A stretch of 33,301 nt of DNA from Kipferlia bialata. Taxonomy: Eukaryota. This document shows, in pieces, positions 1 through 12,300 of the stretch (its first letter is position 1; each line of letters starts with the position of its first letter). The stretch lies in NCBI GenBank assembly GCA_003568945.1, contig BDIP01000076.1, forward strand, positions 1 through 33,301, given 5' to 3'. The notes under the pieces were generated by a model, which saw only the letters and a list, made by a program, of their open reading frames with translations, had not been told where the DNA came from and did not search any database. The translations under genes and the position numbers were made by a program.

Positions 1-65
1 CATTGTCTTATGTCTGTTCTCTCTCTCTCCCCTATACTCCCCCCCCCCCTCTCTCTTACACCTAG

Positions 66-1094
66 GACCATAGTCGGATTCAACAAGTGTGAGACAGTGA
101 AGGGCAAGCTGGAGGTCACGGAGAGGGTGTTCGACGTGCAAGGTGGCTGGTTATTCCCTATAGTATATGGTGTATTATGTATGGTGTATTATGTATGGTG
201 TATTATTATGTATTATAGATCTCTCACTGACACTGACCCCTAGAGCACAAGTCGTTTGATGCCCATACTACAGTATATATGGTGTAGTTACATACCATTG
301 TTTACTCTCAGTACTTTTGAAGACCCTTACCCCTCAGAGTTCAAGTCCTTTGATGTGCTGACTGCCACCAGTATAGAGTGTTATACAATATACTTCTCCA
401 TATAATATAGTCACCGTCTCCATATAATATAGTCACAGTCTCTACTATCATATGCCATTAAGGTACTGATCTCAGAGTTCAAGTCCTTCGATGTCCTCAC
501 TGCCACCAGTATACAGTGTTATACTATTCTATATTGTGACAGTATATATCCCCGGTTCCTATACATGTATATGGAAATATGCTGACCCTCAGAGTTCAAG
601 TCCTTCGATGTGCTGACTGCCACCAGTCAGGACTACCCATTCCCACTGGACGATAGAGTGCACTTTGTGCTAAACATCGTGAAGGTATTAATATGTATAT
701 GTATATATATATATATGCATGTATAGTCAGGACTACCCCTTTCCACTGGATGACAGAGTGCACTTTGTACTCAACATTGTGAAGGTATTAATATACATAC
801 ATGATTCTGTATACATCAATATCTACTACTATATCCCTCTCACCCCCAGCACCAGAAGGATGGCCTTGGCGTTTGTATATACATATTCATAAATATGTAT
901 ATATATATATATATCCCTCTATACATATACCCTAAGCCCAGCACCAGAAGGATGGCCTTGGTGCCAGACAGTCCAGACCCATATATATATACATATGTAT
1001 ATATAGAAATATCTCTATACCAAACTAATATCTCTATACATATATATCTAACCCCAGCACCAGAAGGATGGCCTTGGTGCCAGACAGTCCAGAT

Positions 1095-1136
<42 letters not shown>

Positions 1137-3171
1137 CTATACATATACCTAACCATAGCACCAGAAGGATGGCCTTGGTGCCAGACAGTCCAGACCCCTG
1201 GCCATAGGGTGTCCAGCTAGGGCAGACCACGTACGTATATAAGTATATATATGTAAGTATCTGTCTGTCGATATATATATACTCCTACTCGTGGTATTCA
1301 GTGTCTTTGGTATGTCGGCTAGGGCAGACCACGTACGTGTACATCTCTCTCTCTCTCAGTCTTTCTCTATATCTCTCTTTCAATATATATATATATATAT
1401 ATATATATTTATGTATATAACCATACTGACCTTAGGTTGGTGCTCTTGTCCTGTTCTACCAGTATGTGCTCAGCGCGTCTGCACTTGGTGAGTATACTTA
1501 TCCCCTTATCCCCATAGGCTAATACCTCTCCCTCTCTCTGTCTCTCTCACTCCTCTCCTATCCTGTGCCTGGGAGTGCATATGTATTCTACATCTGTATG
1601 CTATGTAATCAGTATATACATTGTGCATTCTCTCTTATATCAGGATCTATCAACCACCTGCACACTGTGCCAGAGAGTGCATATGCAGTATACATTTGGA
1701 GTTGTATATATATATTTATATAGCATTACCATTTACTGACCCCTTAGGATCTATCAACCACCTGCACACTGTGCTAGGCAGTGCCAGACAGTGCATAGGG
1801 GCACCGGTCTATGAGACATCCCACGAGGAGGAGATACAGAGCAGGGGTACGTTGGATATACCCTATATATACACATCTACAGCTAGTATATGTGCCCCCT
1901 CATTCATATATATACGTATGTGTGTATTATTCATATATATACGTATGTGTGTATTATTGTTAAGTGTTTGATATCGCACGAGTGGGAGATACATAGCAGG
2001 GGTACAGTGCTTGCATATATATCACCATGGTTCATTACATACATGATGTGGGCCCTCTCTATATGGGTATCAGTGTTGTGTATGTCCCCCCACCCCAGAC
2101 CTGACTCTTCTGTGGGCCCCTTATTAGTGTATATATGACACACACAAGTATATATACATATATATATCCTCTATATACAAATATATCCTTCCCCCCACCC
2201 CAGACCTGACTCTGCTGTGGGCCCAGCACCCTAGGTCCTACATCGGAGTCATCCAGCCCATCATCATGTCACTCATCAGGGAGAAGTGGCCTGACAAGAT
2301 CGGTATGTTGTATATATATTGTTTGTGTGAATACAATTGTCTCTATATCTCATAATGGTGGTGTTGATCAGGGGGAATTGGCAGACACAGGAAATGCGTC
2401 AATGAGTATGTACTTTCACGATGTTTAGTACACACCTCTAACCACCAGGCACTGTAACCCCCCTTGAAATAGTCATATATACATATATCGGTGTATCCTC
2501 TCAAGTGATTATCCTCCATTGAACCCATATTCATTTCCCCTCACCCCCAGACACTGTGACCCCCCTTGAGATTGCCACGCTTCATATATATATTTGAATA
2601 TGCGTATACATAACCATAAATATATGAATATCACTTATGCTTCTTGTCTACCCATTGGTATGCCGTCTAGTTTCTCACCCCCAGGCACTGTGACCCCCCT
2701 AGAGATTGCCACCCTCCTCTGTGTGCCCCACTACATACTGCATGTGGCTGCCCTACTGATTGTGGCATGTCTGGGGCCATACCCACCAGAAGTGCTCAGT
2801 GACAGGTATGTATATATATGCGAGTATATGTGTTAAACATAGAATCGTTCATATATATATGTAGGATATATATGTAGGATATATGAAGCGTCCGTGTCTG
2901 GGGGCATGCCCACTCGACAGAAGTACTCAGTGATAGGTATATATTCAATTGCATGCATGGTCAAATTGATACATAACATAGTCACTCACGTTAGGTTCAC
3001 CAGAGCCAACCAGAGCCCAACTGCATCACCAGTGGCAGGGAGTGGATCCCCAGGTATGTAGTCGTTGACTCATATATGTATATATACTTATACACACACT
3101 CTCTCTGTCTGTCTTTGGTTATGACTCTATATACTGAGACCCTTTTCCTCTAACCCACAAGGCCTCCCCCA

Positions 3172-3211
<40 letters not shown>

Positions 3212-3774
3212 CATATATATATATAATTATACACTTACCCTCAGGCCGATCCTCTGTGTCCCACAAGGCCTCCCCCTGGAAGCTCAGGAGGAGGGACAGT
3301 GATGAGCTGGGGGACTCACTCCACATCAGCAAGGTAATTACATACTACGTGTGTTATAACACACACACACACACACAAACACATACGTGTGAGTGTGTGT
3401 ACTCGTACTCACCCCAGGCCCTATACCACATCTGTCGGTGCCTCAGACCCCAGCCCATATTCTCAGCCCCTGCCAACTGGACTAGCAGTGACCCAGTGCT
3501 GGAGGTATAGAGTGTATTATACTTGTAGTATTTTATATATAGTGTATACTGACCCCCAGGTTGTGAGTGCCAGGTCCCACACAGCCAATGCCCTCATGGC
3601 ATTCACAGAGAGGCATAACAGGTACAAAGAATAGAAAACATACAGTATGGAGGCGTCGTCTGTACTTTCACCAGCACTGATGCCCAGACGGCAACATCTC
3701 TCTCTATGTATGTTTCTCTCCCTATATATATATTCTGATACCCCAGGTCCCAGTCTGACAACCCCTAACCCACA

Positions 3775-3813
<39 letters not shown>

Positions 3814-5696
3814 ATATGCTTTTGTGCATACTAAAATCCAGGTCCCAGTCTGACAACCCCTACCCCACCTCTGGCCACTCCCACCTGTTGATTGTCAACC
3901 TCACAGCCATCGCCAACATCCACCTGCCACACATGGACGGGGGGGCGGTGCTGGCACCATCCAAGGTACACACACATATATATAGTGTATATGTTTGTAT
4001 ATGGTATGTGATCAGCTGCCACACATGGACGGGGGGGCAGTGCTGGCACCATCTAAGGTATATATACTAAGGATACGCCTCAGTATCAAGTATATTGTTT
4101 TAGGTATCAGTCTCTGACCCCAGGGCGTGTCCCGGATGCCCACCCTCTGGCCCCCCATGGTGTGTGCCAGTGCATACTCCTCAATCAGCCCAAGGTACTA
4201 ATTGGTATATATATTGTGTGTATATATATATATATAGACAGATAAGTATATAGTGAATATATATTTGACATGTCAGTGCATACTCCTCAATCAGCCCAAG
4301 GTACTCATATACTCATAGTACTATATATATAGCATGTGTATGACCTACCTCACCCCCAGGGTAGCCCTCACCCACATCCCATCCCTCCATGCTGTCCGTG
4401 CCCAGCTTCCCTCTCTCCTGGCATCATTCCCTCTCAAGCTGCCGGAGCTGCTACAGACTGCCAGGGAGTCTCTCTGCTCACTCTTCTCAGGTATTGAGTG
4501 TGTCACATACGATTTTACCCTGTCCTTGAAGCACATCTCCCTATGTTCCTACTGACCCCAGCCCTCCTAGCCCGTGCCACTGTGTCCACTGCTGTTGCCA
4601 AGGCATACGAGAGAGAGGGGGCGGCGCAGGTATATAATAATAGACATATGTATACATATATATAATCACTCTTGTGTTTAGATACTGCTGTTGCCAAGGC
4701 ATACGAGAGAGAGGGGGCCGCACAGGTATAGATACGTATATCATAGAGAAGTGTCGTTCATGCATACCCATATATACTCACTTTGTACACTGATCTCCAG
4801 ACCCCTGTGAAGCTGAATGTGACGCCTGCCTCCATCCACGGCAGGGTGAGGCTGATAGTCAAGGACTTAGGGGCTGAGGTATGGTCATGTGTGTATATAT
4901 ACTAGTACTACATATATGGGAGGGTGAGGCTGATAGTCAAGGACCTAGGGGCTGAGGTATGGTCATGTGTGTATATATACTAATACTACATATATGGGAG
5001 GGTGAGGCTGATAGTCAAGGACCTGGGGGCTGAGGTACATACAGTGGTATACTGATACAATATATGTAGTTGTAAGGATATATATAGCTATCACCTGATA
5101 GTCTTCTAACACTCTCAGGACGGCACAGAGATTGACATTCTCACATCCGAGATCATCAAGATTGCAATGTGCCCACCAAGAACAGGTATGTTGGTATATA
5201 TATATATACGTATATATGTGTGTGTGTGTATATATACCATTCTACTCTTCAATACTTCATACACTGTCCCACCCCAGCCAACATGCACTCCCCCTGCATG
5301 GAGACATACACATACAGCCCAGAGGACACACTGGTCAGATTCATCAGGTACAGAATATATATGTTTATATCTAATTGTACATAATAGTAATATCTACGAT
5401 CACTACGCTTCCCCTCACCCCCAGACCCAACGGCACCTACAGCAGTGTCACCCCTGCCTCGTTCAGACTCAGCCCGGTGTTCCAGGTATATAGTATACAG
5501 TCATGCGTACTCTACTGATGTATGCTCTATATATGGTTGTAAGTAACTCTCCTTATAGAGTGAATATATATAGACTCATTCTGACCTAAGGGCCTTGACA
5601 CCCCTGCTGCGCTGTGGGGCAGTGCCGGTCTGGCCGAGGCCTTTGACTGTTCCATACTGGGACACGTCATAGCAGCCATATACGGTATAGATAATC

Positions 5697-5730
<34 letters not shown>

Positions 5731-8700
5731 GATATTGATATGTGTTGAGAATATGGAATGGATAGCTAAACAGCATGGATATGTTTATCCTATAATGTAG
5801 TGTACAGCCTATTTACTGTGTATTTGCCATTTACCCCAGGCATCCGCCAGGCCCCCCCTACTGTCGTACCCCCTGTCCTGCAGGACATGCTCAAGGGCAT
5901 ACAGGTACATTTGTGAATGTAATATTTCATGGTCACTATATTATGTCTGTAATACAACCCACACCCCCCTCACCCCCAGATGTCGCTTGTTACCATCCCC
6001 TCTGCCCCTATAGTGTATATAGTGTCATTCATATAGTACTCTATTTACACCTGTAAGTGTGTGTATGTACCCACCCCCCTTACCACCCCCAGATGTCCCT
6101 TGTTGTCATTATCTCTGCCCCCGTATAGTGTATTCATATATATACCTACATACATATTCTGATATATACCTAATCTCCAGATGTCCCTTGTTGTCATCCC
6201 GTCTGCCCCCACTGAGCAGGAGGTCTATGCCTCGGACTCACCCCTGTGCCCTGTGGTCCACTTCCTGTCTAGGGGGAAGGTACGTATGTACATATACACG
6301 CATTAATATATATAGTTCCCTCTATATGTCTCACCCCCAGGGCCCCTCCGGCCTTGTGCGTGTGACTGAGGTCTGGGTCAGACTGTCCCTGTCCACAACG
6401 GTGAGTCAGGGGTATATATATATATATGTATATATATATGTATGATGTCATCCTATATATTCTATGTATCATCTCACCCACAGGACTCCATGCTGCTTGT
6501 CGAGGTGTTGTCTGCCTCTACATGTAATATATACTCTTTGTATCTATATCTTGTATATATGAAAGATGTATAGTGATCTCACTCCCCAGGACTCCATGCT
6601 GCTAGTGGAGGTGTGCGGTGTGGATGTCCCCACCAGGTCCATATTGAAGGACTCCTTCTGGCATGTGGACACATCCAACACATCATCTTTAGACCTGGCA
6701 CATAGGACACTGACACAGCTCTTTACAGGTTAGTGTATAGCCTAACAACATAGTATGTATATGGTATATAGAGTTATACATCCAACACATCGTCACTCGA
6801 CCTGGCACACAGGACACTGACACAGTTGTTCACAGGTACTGTTGTATACATTTGGATAGTGTATATACACAATTTGATTAACTAAATGTATATATATACA
6901 TCAAACACATCATCCCTGGACCTGGCACACAGGACACTCACGCAGCTCTTTACAGGTTTGTATGTATTCTATGTATATCTGATATTTGTGTTCAGTTCTG
7001 GACTTGCTATTAGCCTTATTGTTCCCATCCCAGGCGCTGTGCTGCGTGTGCTCCTGGACGCCAAGGCCCTGACCCACAGACAGTCGGTGGCACTCAAGCT
7101 GGTGGCATTCAGGTACAGCAATACTGATATGTATATATAGTATATATGTCTGTATTTGTATTTGTTTTAATACTATAGTTATCGGCGGCACTCAAGCTGG
7201 TGGCATTGTAGTAATCAGGTATATCTAATAGATACTGATACTGATACTGAATTTTATTGTGGGGTATGTAGTATAGTTTTTATAAACATTCCAGTGTATT
7301 ATGTTACTGTGGCACTCAAGCTAGTGGCATTCAGGTACCATAATATTATTGCATATTGAATGTTTTCGGGGTATATATATGACAGAGCTCATATCAGGAT
7401 GCGCCTGACCAGTTATGGCACCTATATATGTATATATCTTCATATATATATATATATGGATATATATATATATACTCATGGATATGTAGCCTAATCCTCA
7501 GAATGCGCATGACCAGTTCATGACCAGTTGATACACCTGTCTATCTATATCCATATATAGTGGATATATATATATTCATGTATATGTGTATATATACAGA
7601 ACTCATCCTCAGGATGCGCATGACCAGTTCCGGCACCTACCAGGGCAACCCTCGGTATGTGGAGGAGAGAGAGAGAGAGAGGGCTAAGGAGAGACACCTG
7701 GCAAGGGAGGGTGGAGGCGATATGGGTGCAGGAGTACCACAGTCTACAGTGTCACCCCGTACGGCGTACGGCAAGAGCAGCATGACGTACAGAGAGAGAG
7801 AGAGGAGGGAGAGAAAGGAGAGAGAGGAGAATGAGGATGACCACATGTTCCCCTTGGAGCTGCTAGATGAGCACAATGTGTTCATATCGCCCACCAGCAT
7901 AGAGCACGTGTCCAGTGTCAGGTGTGGTGACTATATATACAATGTGTGTATTATTCTCTATATATATCGGGCCTATTCTCACCCCCTAGGCACACTGGGC
8001 AGTGCCTCCCCCCCAGGTGTTACACCTCGTCCCTCCCACCCCTCAGTGGTCAGTACTTCTCAGTGCTGCCATCCCTATTCCCAGAGGTATAGAATACTAT
8101 AGCGACTGATGTCTATACAATATATACAACATATGTAAATACGTATGTATCTCTCAGCCTCTTGGCCGTTGTCATCCCCCATTTGTCCTTCCAGCCAGTC
8201 ATACCATATATACAGATATATGTATATATGTATACGTGTGTGATAAATATATATACACTGTGAGTCTCACCCCCAGGCCGTTGTGATCCCCCACGTATCC
8301 TTCCAGCCAGTCATACCCCCATGCAGGGCTAGAGGGAGAGAGAGCAGCCTGCCCAGTCTCGAGGGAGCATACAACGGAGAGACACAGTCGGAGCTGGTGC
8401 TAGACCTGGGTACGTATCTACGTACACACTCACTCTCTCTCTTGAAAGTGATGGTGAGTATTTTGGTCTCTTGCTTCCCCTTTCTCACCCTCCCAGCCTA
8501 TGTCCCCCCTCTGTTCCGCGAGACCCTGCTCTCCTTCCTACTGACATACCTCCCCCCCTGGGTCTCTGCATTCAAGAGGGGCATGTTGGCCCAGATAGAG
8601 AGACTGGCACCAGCTATAGAGCACGGGTCACCGGCAGGTTTGAGAATATGTTATATATACATTTACTTATTCTACTCTAACCCCCAACCATGGCCCTGTA

Positions 8701-9308
8701 TGTCAGACTGCTGCGTGTGACCTTATATATCTCTATATATATATATCTATACCTATATGAATACTCGTATGCTATACATACCACCGTACTAACACCCAGC
8801 CATGGCCCTGTATGCCAGACTGCTGCGTGTGACCATATATATATATTGATATGTACAGATATAGAAATATACGTGCAATTATTTACACACACACCACTAG
8901 TCTAACTCAGCCATGGCCCTGTATGCCCGACTGCTGCGTGTCACCTTCAACCAGATCCACAGGGTCATCATCAGTGGCAGAGAGGCAGAGAGAGACGGGA
9001 AGAGGGGTATGTCTAACTCACAAGAATGACCCGTCTACTCTACTGCTATATATTCTGTGTACATATATCTCACCCCAGAGTCCAAGGACCGTGACCCCAT
9101 CTGCGTGGCACCTGATGACAGTACCCTGGTGCTATGCATCATCAACGTGTCAGCAGCAGGTATACTTACGTGTGTAATACAGATATGTCAGAGAACACGA
9201 TATTACATTGGATATTTAGTATCGTTCACGTGTCAGCAGCAGGGTGGTGAGCAGTTGGAGGGTATATGTAGGGTACATACACTTCAAACACCTCTTTCAC
9301 CCACATAT

Positions 9309-9341
<33 letters not shown>

Positions 9342-12300
9342 GTGTGTGCGTTGCTCTCCCGTACCCCCAGGCACCATCTCCCTCCGGACCCCCACCCCCC
9401 TTGTTGGGGCATCCACCTTCCAGGAGTGTGCGAGGTATACAAACACTATATATTGTTTATACTCTACTGTGATTTCAGGAGTGTGCTAGGTATATGCAAT
9501 CGCCATTAGTATATACTCTAGTACATAGAGAGTATCATTCACTGGTGTCACCTATATATATACTATTGACCCCCAGGGCCGTGCTGTCCTATTGTCTGAC
9601 TTGACATATAGTATAGTATAGTATATCTACACACAATAGTATTCACTAAATATTAGTTTGCATTGCATTGACCCCCAGGGCCGTGCTGTCCTCTGCCCTT
9701 GTGTCTGAGCTGGCAGGGTCACACCAGATGGACGCATTCTGCCGGTATGAGTTATGTATCATAATGTATCGTCCCTATATAATTATATGCACTTCTCTCC
9801 AACTTCAGTCTCTCCATGTACCCTGTGCGAGATGCCATCCTGGCCACGTGCCATGCTCTGAGGTATCGATATGTGTATGTACTACGCTATTATATATGTA
9901 TTCTACATATTTTCACTATGTATGTATCAATACAATGTGTATGCCATCCTGGCCACATGCCATGCGCTGAGGTTCATATAGAAGAATATTTAGATATACT
10001 TATGTATATTTACTTCCGATAATTGAATGTAACCCCAGGCTGTCTGAGAAGATCAGACTGGCAGCATTGGCCAATGTGGCAGCAGCCATGCACACAGTCA
10101 GTGCCCTAGGTTAGTATAGTGCATATGAATGTGTATGCTAACCCAATTATGTACTGTATGCTATGTACTATATGTATGTATATATATCAATGTGGCAGCT
10201 GCCATGCACACCGTCAGTGCACCTGGTGAGTGTAGTGTATATGTACATATATTAGTTCTCTCTCTCTGTCTCTCTATATATATCACCCCAGGCTCCATCA
10301 ACCTGTCTGTCTCTCCCTCTGTCCTCAAGGACAGACTGGCCATCAAGAGACTCATAGAGTGTGCAAACGGACTCATTGGAACACCAGGTATGTCTATACT
10401 TTATCCTTCTTCTTGTCCTAAACTGACTATGTGATATATATGTATGAGACTGATTGAGTGTGCAAATGGGCTGATTGGGACACCAGGTAGAGATTTCAAT
10501 AATTAACAGCAAAATAGGTCAAATGATGATTATGGTCAGTGATCCCTTCTAACCCTTCTAGGCACTCTCAGGCGCTCCAGGGAGAGAGAGAACGCCAGCA
10601 GCAAGGGCAGCCACGAGTATGATACGCTCTACCCACTGCTCCTAGCCAGGTACACGCATACACAATTGTGTATATACATCAATTGCGTTACATATGTCAT
10701 TGTATATCACCCCAGGAGTGTCTCCATCCCGTTATGATACATAGTGCGTGTATATGCGTCATTCTCTAATTTCCCAGGAGTGTGACCCTTCTGTTCTCCA
10801 CCATGGCAGGGGCCGTGCTCAGAGACTGGGACCAAGTCGGTACGGAAGAGTACATATATACACACTGATGGTTATATTCCCATAGGTACGCATCAATTCA
10901 GTATCCAAAGTTTGTGAGTGAATATATGTTGGGTCCCGGAGAGTGTATCTCCCTCACCCCAGACCCCCGTGAGGACATGGACATGCTCAGTGACAGTGAG
11001 AGTGACCCAGAGCCAACCCCAAGACAGGTACACACATAGTGGATATTATTTGTATTCATATGGTCTTCTCTTGTGGTGTGTATTACTCTTTCTCACCCCA
11101 GGCCCGTCTGCTTGGCCGCATACCCTCTGGGGCATCACCATCCTCAGGTACTGTAGTATATATACATGTGTGTGTGTATGTGTCTCATATCATATATATA
11201 CATCCACATCCTCGTAGTTTCTGGTTATTGTGCGAACATACACATTCCTTCCTTCCTACATATTCCTTCATACTGTCTATGTGAGTATACTAGTGTATCC
11301 CCTCACCCCCCAGGTGCGGCTGAGGGAGATGACTCCCAGAGCGGGTCCTCTAGAAGCCGGAGCTCGTCAGACGATAGGGAGTTTGGCTGGGAGACTGGTG
11401 GAGAGGCCGAGAGTGAGACGGAGACTGACACTGACAGTGAGAGCAGTGGGGAGATGGCCGCCAGGCAGAGACAGCACGATAAGGAGATGCACAGAGGGGT
11501 GTTTGTGATATTCGAGGACCAGGCTGCGCTACAGAGCAGGGTACCACCCACTCTCTCACTTGATATAGAGAGGTCCGTGGTGCTCCCTGCATTCACACTG
11601 AACGGCACACCGACTGTGCCTGCCGTGCACCTGCACATGTCATACACCAACAGGAGGTATGGAAGATATGTATTTACAGGGATATATATAGAGAGAGAGA
11701 GAGTCAGAGATATGTATTTATAGGGATATATATATAGAGAGATAGAGTCAGTACACCTGCACATGTCATACACCAACAGGAGGTATGGGGTTGTATGCAC
11801 ACGTACATTTTTACATATATCCTATTCTATTCCACACACCCACTGCAATCCTATAACCCCCAGACTGCTGTGTCCCCGGCCTGGTGCATCTGTTGGCACA
11901 GGGGTGGCATCACCCAGACGCAGAAACAGGTACATACGTAATGTCTACTCTCAATTAGTCCTTATACATACAATGTATTCTCCTCTCACCCCTTAGGCTT
12001 GGCAACATGTCTGGGTCTGATGAGTCATTCTCTTCCTCTTAGTCATACATTGTGTATATACACATGAATCCCCCTTTCTTAACCATAGGCTTGGCAACAT
12101 GTCAGGTTCCGATGATGACAGGCCTGCCAGGGGCACTCTCAGCAGATCCAACTCTCTCCTGATGGCAGCCGAGAAGACCAATATGCCGGCACAGAAGTAT
12201 AAGGTATATATGTATAGATATGGACAGATTATACATATATATATATATATATATATGGAGGCGAAACATGCCGGCACAGAAGTATAAGGTAAATAGAAAC

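Noticed and set aside
850..1230. Repeat-spacer pattern resembling a CRISPR array
   Set aside because: The repeats are copies of a coding exon start with unequal lengths, the spacers are (TA)n intron DNA, there are no cas genes, and the context is eukaryotic.
6671..6955. Classical mutually exclusive exons as the explanation for the echoes
   Set aside because: The copies are truncated, mostly carry only one splice site, and encode the same peptide, so they cannot substitute for the full exon by normal splicing.
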